From: Octopus bimaculoides
Taxonomy: Eukaryota
DNA length: 64,000 bases
Direction of reading: 5' to 3'
Assembly: GCF_001194135.2 (NCBI RefSeq)
Contig: NC_069005.1
Location: 34,717,570 to 34,781,569, forward strand
In this document: piece after piece, positions 1-13,371 of the stretch
Numbering within the stretch: the stretch's first letter is position 1
How the letters are laid out: the number at the start of each line of letters is the position of its first letter
Translations under genes and position numbers: made by a program
The notes under the pieces: model-generated
The model's database searches: none
Seen by the model: the letters and a program-made list of their open reading frames with translations, nothing else
What the model was told of the DNA's origin: nothing

Positions 1-2438
1 ATATAAATACATACATACAAATCCATACATACATATATATATATAAATAAATACATACAAATAAATACATACATACATATGTACGTGTAATTTAATGTAC
101 ATCAACATGAGAACGTATATCGATATATTATTGATTTGTCGGATGTGAGGGTGGCTATATGGGGTATGGGATTAAAGGAGTGGCACAAGAAAAGGAGACA
201 GGGTGGGGAACAGTGATCCTTCGATGAATCATCTACACCACCAGCACCACTACACACATACACTTTTGCACACGTACACATGTGCATACAACACATACAA
301 TGCACACACACTTGCACATTGGGTTTCCAGGAACAAAATATTCAATGCTTTTCCTGTGGAATCACAAAGACGGGAGGTGTAAAAACACCGTATATTACTG
401 GTATTTTAGGTTTTGCAAGAGTCGGTGATTCAGCTGTACAGACAGGTGAGTTTGTGACATTCACACTTTCCCAAAAATCATTATACACGCCGTGACTAAC
501 AACTGATCTAGAATTAAGTGAAAATTTCTTTTATTTTACCCGCTTCGTGAGAGGGGGGGCGGAGGGCAGCCACCGAGGACCCTGTTGAAGCTGAAGTTAC
601 CCTCAAACTAGAGACCTGATGCAACAGAATGAACCCTGTACCTACCCAGGGACAAGGTGGTGGAGATGTTAGGCCGTACTTGATCCGGGTGACGGATTTA
701 TCCCTATCCCCAACCCAGAACTGGAGCAAACACCACAAGGTACCTTATCCGATTCTCTCTCTACTAATTCTGCCAATCCACGGCCCAGGATGGCATTTTC
801 TTTTATCCACCCTCGACGGACGAAAGGTAGAGTTGGCCAAGACGGGAATAGAACTTAGAGCGTCGGGAATTGAGAGTTGCAGTTTCATTTAACAAGAATC
901 TTACATCACACTCTGCCTTTATTGAAATCCGCGGAGAGGGACACAGAATTTATTTCTGGCGAGAATTGAACTCACGTTTGTGATTCCGACCTTTCGTCGT
1001 ATGATTAAACCAGAAAAGAGTAAAGCAAAATATATTTGTTGGCGGCCCTCGTCAGCCCTGATTGAGGCCCTCCTCTTATTGCGTATTGCACTATGAATGT
1101 CTTTCTCCTTTCGTGGCGGTAGGGTGTGATTCTGAGAGATAATTTGACTACTATTTCCAGTAGGTCAAACATAAAGGCTATTTCACTGGTTCGTAAAGGT
1201 ATATTTAGAATCAGCGGCGGACATTAAATGGAAGGTGGCGTGTTTGTAGAAAGGGTGGTGAACACAGACATCAAGGGTGGCGAAACATGAACATGAACGG
1301 GTAGGCTGTCTCTGACGAGTGACATGGATTAAATAATGTGTAATAACGGTGAGGAAGAGAACTAGCTGAAGGGCAGGTAGGGAGAGCTTGGAGTTTCTTT
1401 TTATCGCTGCCGCTGTTTAACCCCCCCCCCCCCNNNNNNNNNNCCATTCAGTTTTATGGACTGCTTGGAAGGGGTACTTCGATTTTTAGGGCTGTAGGGT
1501 GTGGTTTAAGAATATTTGGCTGCTATTTCTTGCAGGTCGAGTGACTACGTAAAGGGTGAACTTGAGGGTATTCTAGAAAAGGCAGAGTGGAGTGTATGTT
1601 GGAGGGGAACAAAGTTTGGCGGAACACACACGCACAGAAATTCATACATTCTTTATTTTATGGAAAAAAAAGGTGAAATAACAGGTGTAGAGGGGGAAGA
1701 GACCCACACATGACCCCTACTTTGAGAGAGAATGAGAGAAAATAATAAAGCAATTCCATTCTATCCAGGAATCGAAACCTAGATACTGGCTCCATTCTAT
1801 TTAACACAGCAACTGTTCATAGCGCCCGATGGGAGGAGGGGCATACACTTTTGGCGCCCCCAAACCCTTAATTAACAAACATGAAAGCCCGTAAGAAATT
1901 TTGTGCCCCTTCACACCTGCGCCCGAGGGGTAACTGCCCAGCCCCATCCTCTTACTACGCCACGGCTCCATTAACTGATAACAAACTTAACGACGGGTGC
2001 CCGCCACATGGAGACCAGTCTACATGCGTGTGTGTGTGTAGATATATGTATGTGTACAAACATACATATGGTGAGAGATATACACAAACTAAAGCTTGTA
2101 TTTGTGTGTTTGTGTATGTACACACACACACACACATATACGGATTGTATGCAAAATAATAATATATGTGTATGATTATGTATCCGTCACACACATACAT
2201 GTATGTGTGCGTACAAGGTATGACTGTATGTATATATATATATACACATACACACACGAGTATGTGTTCATAGAGTCGTATAAATCTGAGTTAACATCAC
2301 CTCATCTACGTTCGTAGAAAACACACATGTATATACATATTTGTGTGTACACACACATACACACGTGTGTCTATGTGTGTGTGTGTGTGTGTGTGTTTAT
2401 GAAGCTGGAATGAAAAAGACAATATTCGAAGCACTCAC

Positions 2439-2473
2439 CCGATGTCTGCTGTACTCCAAGCTGGTCTCCTCAT
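2439..2473 (-). CDS. Putative alternative first coding exon (MRRPAWSTADI-G)
   Basis: aacaatATG...GG|gtgagtgc (phase 2), with a GC-box (GGGGCGGGGCGGG) at about 2685-2698 upstream on this strand. No homology recognised. Confidence 0.33.
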
Positions 2474-3423
2474 ATTGTTTATCTTTGTTGTGTGTGAGCT
2501 GAGAGTTCGAACACGCGTGTGAACAACAGGCTGCTCGTGGGATGATGCTGGGCTTGCACAGCCATCGACAAGGTGGATGTGTACAGGCGTGTATATGGGT
2601 TAGTTTGTGGATGTGTCAGTATGCGTGTGTGCAAATACAGAGGCGAGCTGTGTGTATACATATGCAGGAACACGTACACGGATGGGGGCGGGGCGGGTTG
2701 AGAAAGAGAGGAGGAAAGACAAAACGTAACGAGGTGGTGGGGGAAGAGAGAGAGAGAGAGAGAAGGGGAGAGGCTCAGGAAAAGAAAAACCTGTGATATG
2801 ATCAGAGAGAAGGAGGAGGAGGGAAGGAAAGAGAGAAAGAAGATGAGAGGATGACAAATAAGGTGTGTGTGTGTACGGGTTTGCGTGCGTATATGCGTAA
2901 GAGTGAGAACTAAGATGCACTTAGGAGAGAGAGTATGAGTGATTGATTGAGTGAATGTGAGAGAGTGATTGATTAAGTGGGAGGGAGGGAGGGAGAATGT
3001 AAAGCAATTGAGAGAGAGTAACAGGAAATAAATGAGAGAGGAAAAGAAAATGAATAGAGTGGGAGAAAGAGAGAATGAATAGAGCGAGTAACAGAGAGAG
3101 AGTGAGTGTGTAGCAAAGCGAGCGAAGCCGAGAGATAGAAGTGATGAGAGAAAATTAATGAATTAGAGACAAAAAGAAGTTGGGAGAGAGAGAGAGATTA
3201 AGGCAATATACATACGTGTGTGTATATATAACTTTTATTTTTCCTTTTATTATTGATATATCTTTAATTAGTAATTACTGCTGCTGCTACCTCAACACCA
3301 CCTACACATAAATATGTGAGTATGGTACTTGTTTATTTTGTGCTACAAATATTACACACACACACAGATATATATACAGTTTTTGTTTTATTATGTGAGA
3401 ATGTATATCTATGCGTGTGTGTG

Positions 3424-3455
<32 letters not shown>

Positions 3456-3710
3456 TAATGAAAAAGAGTGAGTAGGGAAATCCCCTCACACACATGTGTA
3501 TATATTTGTGAGGAGAGAGAAAGAGAGAGTAAAAGAAAGTGGGAGTAACAGAGAGAGAGAGTAGAAAGAGTGTTATTTATGTTTTTGTTGTTGAAACATT
3601 TTGTTTTTTATTGAATTGGTTAGTTTTCTAAATACTTGTGCTACCACTTCTTTATTTATTCCTCCTACTATCCCCCCCTCACTGCTACCACTCTCATCAG
3701 CTCTACTCAC

Positions 3711-3737
3711 ACCGCCACTCCGTCGGCTGTTCAACAT
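3711..3737 (-). CDS. Putative first coding exon of an unidentified minus-strand gene running off the left edge (MLNSRRSGG)
   Basis: gaaaccATG in a CpG-rich patch followed by the consensus donor GGT|gtgagt (phase 0). No homology recognised. Confidence 0.33.
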
Positions 3738-5833
3738 GGTTTCAAAAATGGCTTTTTTCTTTTTCTTTCCCTTAAATCTTCTCTCCTGCCTGACGACACG
3801 AAAACTGACCAACTTTGATGAGATTTACCACCAGAATGGTGGCCTTCTTTTATCGAAGAGCTTTCATTATTATTATTACTAACAACGCTTAAATGAAACC
3901 GTGACCATCACCTCCTGTTCGCCTCTTATCTAGGTGAGGTCTTTGCATCTCACAAGTCATCACAACAATACTGTTTTCTATTCTAATTGTATTCACCTCC
4001 TGGGTTCTGACCTCGGCGGGATTTGAACTCGGAATATAAAGGACTATAACTAAATTCTACCTTGCATCTCGATGCGCTAACGATTCACTGACCTCGTCCA
4101 GCTGACATTAAATTATTTCCTTATATAGACATAGAGTCTGCGAATGATTTGGCTCCACCGTTTGACAAAAGCAGAAAATGTCAAGTTGTGATGTTCATGG
4201 ATGATCAAATAAGTTTAAAAGAGATAACGGGAAATATTTTGAACCTTAATTCGAAACCGTGATCAACAAATGCTTCTGTAACTCGTGTGTTTCATATTTC
4301 AGAAATACGAGAAAATAATTATCGTGTCTGTAATTGTCCTGGAAACGTATTTGTTTCTAACCCCCATCTTCCCTCCTTTGTCCGTTTTACAGCGTAACCG
4401 AGACCGTTAAAGTAGAATGGGATAGGAGAAAATTACTTCCGGACATCACCACAATGCATGCAACTGAGGTGGACATTACGAAAGGTACTTGAATGTCATG
4501 TTAGGCGGAGAAGGGTGATTCAAGACCACTTTCCAACGACTGGAACCATCCCTCGGGTTTCCATGCAAATTCCGCTCAGAAGTTTTGAGGCTTACAGTAG
4601 AAAATACTTGCCTAATGTTCTAGCCAGAGGGATCGAATCTGAAGCCATACAGCTGTCAAGAGAATTTCTTAACCACGCAGCCTTAAATACCGTCATTCCG
4701 AAATGAACAACGAAATCTATATCCAAGAGGATTATGGGATGAAACTTTATTGAAGCGACGAGACATGCTACTTAAGAAGTTAGCAGTGATTGTAAAAGAC
4801 ACCTAAACCATTGAGTGTTCACTGATTAACTTAAATACATTTAGTGTTATTGGGTGGGGAGGCATAAATTACTTTGAAATCTTGATTTTTTTTTTTAAGT
4901 GAAAATCCTTTGGAGTATCATTAAATTACCAACTTGAGTTACTGGAACCTTCCTACGCGCACTACTTTGGTGTGTGTGTGTGTGTAGCGTCTTTGAATGT
5001 GCCTAACTACAACCCATTGACTTGTAACCACATATGCCCCACTCCAATCCAAAACAGGTGCCTGCGAAGAGAGTTGGTGTTTACGTAGATATTTCAATAT
5101 TATAATGGTCATAGATAAGAAGTCCAACATAGGAGAATATAAAAAAATCAGGCCTTATGACTGTAGCAGAAAGTGTATATATATATATACACACACATTG
5201 ACACAGTTTCGTCTTGGGCAACTTTCTAAAAAGTTTTTCACTTTTATGAAATTGATCTGACAACTGTGTGTCTATGTATATGAGAGTATATGTACTGTGT
5301 GCGTAATTGTTTTTTTCTTTTATGTGAACTGGACATATATTTACATAAAAATACATGTGGGTGTGTGAGTATAATTGTGTATGTGAGGCTCTATTAGAAC
5401 TGGTGGCGGATAAATAAATACTAATGGAACACTATGTTGTTGCTGAAAACGGAGTCTTCAGTCACCCCCACCTCCTGTTGAATAAGAGGTGTTGACCGCC
5501 TTCACTTGATACAAAGATAGGATAAGTGAACTGGATCAACTGTGAATCGAAACTCTACCGGCCAAAACCACTTACTGCCACTGCACAACGGAGCTACGTG
5601 TGACGAATAGCTTTTAATCTACTTAATACTATTTAACATAAGGTACTATAACATAGAATAGCTTAATAGGTCTTCATTTTAAAACTAGTGGACAACGTAC
5701 AATCTTGAGCACTTGTATATAAGACTAATAGCTCTTTACCGTTGTACAGAGTATATACCACTCTCTCTATATATATATACATATATACTACATAAGAGAG
5801 TATTGTAGTTCGCTTGAAACATTGTGTATTGTT

Positions 5834-5956
5834 TGTAAAGAATAAAAAGTTTTGAATGGTACAACAGTACACTATAATACAAAAAAATGGACTATATAGT
5901 CCATTTTTTTGTATTATAGTGCATTGTTGTACCATTCAAACTTTTTATTCTTTACA
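5834..5956. repeat. Near-perfect spacer-less palindrome, 61-62 bp arms
   Basis: Centre ggactat|atagtcc at 5895/5896; arms differ by one indel and a few substitutions. Confidence 0.9.
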
Positions 5957-5978
5957 TATATATATATATATATATATA

Positions 5979-6330
5979 NNNNNNNNNNNNNNNNNNNNNN
6001 NNNNNNNNNNNNNNNNNNNNNNNNNNNNNNNNNNNNNNNNNNNNNNNNNNNNNNNNNNNNNNNNNNNNNNNNNNNNNNNNNNNNNNNNNNNNNNNNNNNN
6101 NNNNNNNNNNNNNNNNNNNNNNNNNNNNNNNNNNNNNNNNNNNNNNNNNNNNNNNNNNNNNNNNNNNNNNNNNNNNNNNNNNNNNNNNNNNNNNNNNNNN
6201 NNNNNNNNNNNNNNNNNNNNNNNNNNNNNNNNNNNNNNNNNNNNNNNNNNNNNNNNNNNNNNNNNNNNNNNNNNNNNNNNNNNNNNNNNNNNNNNNNNNN
6301 NNNNNNNNNNNNNNNNNNNNNNNNNNNNNN
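5979..6330. other. Assembly gap (N run); others at about 1434-1443, 24315-24540, 36760-36790, 43995-44158, 57335-57489, 58959-59378 and 61426-61514
   Basis: Runs of n, mostly next to microsatellites, typical of a short-read scaffold. Confidence 0.99.
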
Positions 6331-6460
6331 GTGGCTGTGGTTGAAAAAGATACACTATGTCCAGCAATACGACGAACTTGACCCGACGGACGTTTTAGGT
6401 CCTCGTTGTTGCACTCGACAGTGGGGGAGGTCACATTAAAAGATGCTGTCGAAATATTAG

Positions 6461-6510
6461 TAACAGTAGCACCCCAGATGAACTAACAGTAGCACCCCAG
6501 ATGAACTAAC
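6461..6510 (+). repeat. Exact 23-bp tandem duplication taacagtagcaccccagatgaac
   Basis: Two exact copies plus a partial third (taac). Confidence 0.9.
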
Positions 6511-7780
6511 GAACTGTGGAGTTCGGAAAGGAGATCATCTCGTCCGAGTGTGCGTCATTGCTGGAAGCTTGTCCATCGGGTTTCGACATTGGCTGACGTT
6601 GGCGTTCGGTTAAATATATTATTTCAGTGAATTTCGGTAAGCTTCTGGCACGAGAACGCGTGCTTGATCGCATATATCGTAACCTTTGACACACGTCTGT
6701 GCCAACTTGGACAGCACCATTGTCCAGTTTGTTACTTGTCTGGAACAAGTGAGAAACAACTGAGCCGTGCACCAACTTATCAACAAAATGTTGTTGATTT
6801 CCTGTAAGGCCTGTGTCTGAGTAGCACCGCATGGGGCCTGTAACGGGTCAGGTCGCCTGACCTTCCACTGTCATCGTATTCTCATCACTACACGCCATGC
6901 TGCACCGCTTCACAGGATCATTCCGAACACTCCACGTTACACAAAAAAAACTGCTTGTTTTGGAATAATGGGCGGCATTTTCCTGGAGGTGGAGGAGACG
7001 GCCTTTGCAGGGTCTTTAAGACTGGTGGGAAGAAATTATCTTCAAACCCAAACATGTGTCTCGATAAAAGCAGCCAAGGCGCCATCTGGTATTTAAGTTG
7101 TTTATAAAATGGTAAGAGCAGGGTTAATATGTTGTCGTGGAACCTCTTCCCTGGGATGTTGTGGTGTCGTGGCAACGACCTCTGGCCAGAGGGATAGTAG
7201 CAGTAGGCGTTAGTATTGGGGTTGCAGAGAGAGAGAGAGGAGTGTTGTTTACGATTTGGAAACTGACTCCTGTTTATCTTCAAACACAACACACACTACT
7301 GAACAACAAGTGTGCTAATATATATGCCTCACCAGTGTATACACATTAATAAAATTGATTTCTTTTCTTTTTATTTATAAATTACAATATAAGTTGTTAA
7401 TCTGTCGTGTATATATATATATATACATGACAGATTTGTGTGTGTATGTATGCTGGCTTTTTTCAGTAGGTTCCGCCAAACCCTGTGGTGGTGTGACCAA
7501 TTGAAGCACTTGTTGGTGCATTGATTTTTTTTTTCTAGTTTTTCTTTCGTTATATTCCTGTTTATATTTTGAATAAAAAAAAACACCAGTCCAATACTGA
7601 TATATACGCAATTATAAAAACACAAGCCATATAATAATTAGGGAACATTTAAACATGTTGGTGCCTCAGTAACAATTACATCTAAAAATGTTTTTTCTTA
7701 AATCTCATTTGTTTGCATTTACTTAAATATAGCTGAGGCATATATTGCTGTCGTGCACGGAACGACATCTACCTATCTAT

Positions 7781-7849
<69 letters not shown>

Positions 7850-7914
7850 GCACCTAAATCACAAAACCCTAAATTTCAGTTACAGAAATCTAAAATCAGT
7901 AAAAGTGCATGTAG

Positions 7915-8234
7915 CGGAAGTCCTGTTTACAGATTTCTGTATCAATGCGCACGTCTTATATATAGTTTAATAGTTTAATTACAAAAAAAAAACCAATTGA
8001 TGTAAAATTAATAAAGAAATAATTAAACATGTATTGCTATTTTTGATTTTATTTAAAATTTTGCAAAACTTTGAATTTTTTCCCCTTAATATTTGATTCT
8101 GATGAATGGAACTATTTATTGTTGTTTATGGTTTTTTTTCAGTTAAACGGAAGTGAAGAGAAGAGAGAGAGAGAAAGGTTTGTGGGTTTTTTCGGTGGAT
8201 TTTGTTGGATTTTGTCCGAAGCTGAACCAATAAA
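7915..8234 (+). promoter_or_regulatory. Putative SUPT4H1 promoter/5'UTR with two Ets/GABP-type CGGAAGT motifs
   Basis: CGGAAGT at 7915-7921 and 8148-8154 just upstream of the ATG; no obvious TATA box. This fits a housekeeping promoter, but the TSS is not determined. Confidence 0.45.
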
Positions 8235-8303
8235 ATGTCTTTAGATGCTGTTCCGAAAGATATGAGGAACCTGCGGGCTTGCCTGCTGTGTTCCTTAGTT
8301 AAG
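8235..8303 (+). CDS. SUPT4H1: SUPT4H1 coding exon 1 ([23 protein letters not shown])
   Basis: ATG at 8235 (aaaATG); donor AAG|gtaagg at 8304; phase 0. Confidence 0.96.
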
Positions 8304-11300
8304 GTAAGGTCTCTCATTTCCATTAAAACTGCTGTTCTTCATGTTATCCTCTCTCATCTCACATGTGTTGAACTCCACACTCTCTCTTGTTACCGGAATC
8401 CTATCAATCCTCTTTTATTTATTATACACACAAACATTATGTTATATTATATTTTACCTATGTGTGTATATATATATATATCGTTTGAAATGGTGTACAA
8501 ATTTTATATATTAAGAAAAAAGCAAATAGTCAGAATTTGGATAATTATTTATTTCGCTTCAGAGAGATTCGTCTCTGAAACGAGACGAAAAGACTAAATG
8601 AATAATTATCCAAATTATGACTACCATTCTTTTTCTTTATATATATAGAGATATATAATGTGTGTGTGTGTATATATTATCATACCTCTACACAAAGTCG
8701 GTGGGGTACAGATGTGCAGGTATGTCCGTGTGTATATATATATATATATAGGCGGACGTGTATACATAGACGTGGACTTAACGAGGCTGTTTAGTTTGCT
8801 AGAAACAACAGTCATATTTTTCAAATTACACTGTTAAAAAAAGAATGGTCACGGCTAGAACGCCTTTTAATCCTAGGCCTGCTTGGTGTAACCCTGCTCT
8901 GTTTATACTTCAATGTGTCCTGTTTTTACTTGGACGCGTTTCAAGACTGACAGGAACGACACAAGTTCACCGAGTTTCTTCTTCCATTAAAAAGTCTTTT
9001 ATGAAATCTGGTTTTTGTGAGATGTTCTTTCTGGTTAGATTTGGGGGAATTATCTCTCATCCTCTTAACAGTACAATAAACAGTTCTCTTGATCCTGGTT
9101 ATTTGTGGAAGAATTAAACTAATCCTTAAGTGTACAAGTTCAAATCGAAATCTCGGTTGTTATTCTGAAGTCAATCCAGACCCAGCTGTGATCATCCTGT
9201 CCTTTTTTCCCCCGTCATAGTCTATCTAGGACTCCATTATTTCGTGTATCGGCGGAATGCTGCTTTAAGCACGCCTTATAACCCCTCAACTTTATTTTAT
9301 TTTTTTGGAAGGTTTTTGTATAATCGTATGAATTCCGGTGTGTAGAACACAAATTCGCCAAAATTGTCTGAAAATACCAAAATATGAAAAATCCGGGATT
9401 ATGTGGTGTCTTTCCTTTCTGAAGACGATAGGAGGAGAAATGAAGGGAATTCAGTAGTTATTTCGGTCAATATACAGATATTTAACCGTTATTTCTAGCA
9501 GACGGTACAACCACATCGATGCTCTCTCGGCAGCAGCTAACTGATGCTAGAAACAACAGCTGGTGGGTGCGGGGTGTGTGAATATTTTGATCAACTTGTG
9601 GTCCCAGTGGGAAGACGTCAGCTACCACATCACCACCACCACCACTCATTAATTAATTAAACTTGTTACCTCATTATCAACTTAATTAGGACTTCATCTG
9701 CTATTTTAGTATCATTACCTTATGCTCTCACTTCATCTCTTTTTTTTTTCGTTGCTATGACAACTCTTGTATCTTCAACTTAATGTGCTTTTGGCTGTTT
9801 CTTCTCACAATTTTACTCCCTCCAAATTGGGACACCACACTCTCCATCCACCCCGACTTCATTGAGTAGCCCTTCGATATTGGTAGGCATCATTCACCCA
9901 CACAACCTTCCAGTATGGCATAAAGAGGGCAATCCATGGATTTAATAACAACGAGGTTGATACTAATTCCAATATATCATTCATCATCATCATCATCGTT
10001 TAACGTCCGCCTTCCATGCTAGCATGGGTTGGACGATTTGACTGAGGACTGGCAAGCCAGAAGGCTACACCAGGCTCCAATCTGATCTGGCAGAGTTTCT
10101 ACAGCTGGATGCCCTTCCTAACGCCAACCACTCCAAGAGTGTAGTGGGTGCTTTTACATGCCACCAGCAAGTTGAAGAGAAACAGATGCGGATGGGGATA
10201 AACACTGGGTAGTAATTGGGTGGAACAGTTAAATGCCATCAACTGAATGGTTTTTTACTCTGTTTTATTTTCAGACATTTGACCAGTTTGAGTATGAAGG
10301 TTGTGACAATTGTGATGATCATTTACATATGAAGAATAACCGAGATGCCGTCTATGTCTGCACCAGTTCCAACTTTGATGGGTAAATATTATTAAAATCT
10401 TTATCTTTTACTTGTTTCAGTCATTAGACTCTGGCCATACTGGGGCACCGCCTTGAACAATTTGCTTTTAGTCGAATGAATCGATGCCACTAATTATTTT
10501 TGTTGTCAAACCTGGTTTTTATTCTGTCAGTTTCTTTTGCCGAACCGCTAAGGAGATATAAACAGAGACATATGACGGGCTTCTTTCAGTTTCCGTCTAC
10601 CAAATCTACTCACAAGGCTTTAGTCAGCCCGATGCCATAGTGAGAGACACTTGCCCAGGGTGTCACGATGGAGAACTGAACACAGAACCATGTAGTTGGG
10701 AGAAAAAGCTTCTTACCACACAACCACACCTGCATGTCCATGGAGTATAACACTTTGAAGGGTTTTACAAATCCCTGGCCCCTGGTGGTCAAAAGAGTTT
10801 GGCATCAGCCTGGCTTCTTTTCAGGAATATGGTTTGCTTCAGTTTCCATGATAAACTTATTTAACTGCGAAGTTCTCCCAGTCATGGCTGGTGGAGTCTA
10901 ATAAAGTCCTGGGGCCATCAGAAACCATAGATGTTTGATCAGATTATGGTCTCTGGTCTAGAGACCAATCATGTGTGTGTTTCTATGGCTACCACTCCTG
11001 ACCCCAAATGCAACACTTACTGAACTGATGATGGACATCAAGATTATAACCAATCTGGATTCAAACAACTGTTCTCTGTTTCACACATGTGAAGCTCGTT
11101 TTTGTTACTCTTCTTTGGCATTTATTTATTCCCAACAACATCCATCCCTGACATGACCAACCTTATCTATTCATTCATCTCACCTACTAACTATTCCTGC
11201 TGCGACAGTGAACCATCTGCCTGACTTTTTTTTTTTTTTCTTATCTTTACTTGCTCTTAGAACTGTACAGCTGGTCCCTGTAGAGTCTGTTTGGCATAGG

Positions 11301-13334
11301 CCCTCCCCCCTCCACCTCCAGGCCTTTTTTCTGTTTAGTGCTAAAAGCAAGAGGGCTGCTATCGTTACGCATACATGCTTCTCTCTCTTATCACATGCGA
11401 ACCTTTCTCTGCTCATCATCATCATCATCATTCCACTTTCTGTACTGGCACAGGTTGAGCTGACCATTATGGTTAGAATCAGCACATATTTGAGGGAGCC
11501 ATGTGCTTATGGAGGCAGGGGGGGGGGGTCTTGTCTCTTGTTTTTGGTTTGGTTTCGGTTGTTGGATGCTCTACCTGACTTCATCTTACAGTGTGTTGGG
11601 TGCATTTTTTATGGCACCAGGGTAACCATGCCCTCTACAAGGGACCTCCTAACTCCATGTGTCTGCTCCCTCACTGGCCCCTTTACTGAGTGAGGATGAT
11701 AGGAGTGAGTAGTTTCATATAGACAAGGCAAGATGGTGGGGAGGTGACACGGGGGATTGGGCAGTGACAGAGGCCCAAGATGGAGCCTGGTGTAGCCATC
11801 TGGTTTCACCAGTCCTCAGTCAAATCGTCCAACCCATGCTAGCATGGAAAGCGGACGTTAAACGATGATGATGATGATGACGACTCTAAGGCTCTTCGAT
11901 TCTATTCCTTGCTTCCACACCTGATGCATATATATATATATGCCTATTGATACACTATATATATGTATATATATTTATGTGTGTGTATAAACATAACATT
12001 TTTGCCCTGCTCAGACAGGTGAGCAAGTCTTCTCCCATTATTATGTGTTGCCATTTATTCTTTTTGTCATCTCATCCATAAGACATGACAGCTTCAGGCC
12101 TGCCATTGCCACACTCCGTCCCAAGTCTACCTTGGTTTCCCTTTTCCACATTTACTTTTGCGCTCACATCTCCCTTCCTTTCACATCCAAACCAATGCAC
12201 TCCACTTCACCCGATTCCTTTTTTGCTCAGTTTTCCCCTCAATTCTCTACTTAATTAGTATCATTTCACACCTAACGAAGCGTCCCTGCTTACTTTGTTT
12301 CTAGCTTGTGCAGAGACCTTTTATTGTTCAAGGCCCCAATCTCCCTCTCATGCAGCAATTACACTTTGCACCCTAGACCTTCACTTTAAGAGAAGGCTTT
12401 GTTGCCAGCAGAGGTAACAACTCCCTGAACATTTCCCAATTAGCTCTCACTCTGGCCTCAATGTTCTCAGAACACCTACCCCTCCCCCCACTACTAGTTA
12501 GGTCCTTGGGTAACAGATGCTACTTCTAGAGGGCCTCCTGAGCATTGGATAGTCTGTTTCATAATTGCTCTTGGTACTTTCTGCCCCTGTGTACCTTCTC
12601 TGTTGTTATCTTCACCCTGTCACCTCTCCACATATCAAATCTAGCCATTTCCCTGATGGTAACAGGATCCTGTCTTACCTTAATCTTTTACTAAATTCAC
12701 TCTGAGACCTCTTCATTCCAGTGTCTGGGATTCCTTTCCCAATTCTACGACACATTCAGCTACAAAAGCTGGGTCATCAGCATCAAGAAACTCTCCTGGG
12801 CAGCTGGAGGTTTGCTGTGGCTTTGGAGGACTTATAAACAACAAAAGGACTCTGGTGTACCCACCACCTTCACTTCTCTGTCTCGCACTTTGCACAGGCC
12901 ATTCATCTATTCCAGACTTGCTTTTTTTTTGAGCAAGGAACCCTTTCAAAAGCCAGGGATAGGGGTTTCTTTTTAGCTAAGCTAGATAGTTCTCCTATAT
13001 CTGTCTCACAAGGAAGTACAGATCAGTAAATTTACAACTATTTATAAATGCAGATAAATGGATCCATGTTGACATAGATTTCTTCCATCCATGGTACCAT
13101 TGCACAACATTTTTAGACAATATGAAACCTGTCATGTGGCTATTTCATTTACTTTTCATGGTGAGGCTGAAAACTCCATGTCTTTTTCAAAATATGTAAA
13201 TGATATTTCAAATTATTATTATTATTATTATTGTTGTTGTGTATTGTAATATGAATCCATGCGTTGTCAGCACATCAGGTTGATCGGTTTAGCTGAGTTC
13301 TTGGTGGTGGACATTGTGTGTAGTAATAACAATA

Positions 13335-13371
<37 letters not shown>

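Noticed and set aside
6461-6510. Short direct repeats as a CRISPR-like array
   Set aside because: Only two adjacent copies with no spacers, in a eukaryotic context.
6600-6800. LVPEAYR peptide on the minus strand resembling a Gypsy gag motif
   Set aside because: The surrounding residues and spacing do not match the motif, so it is too short to call.
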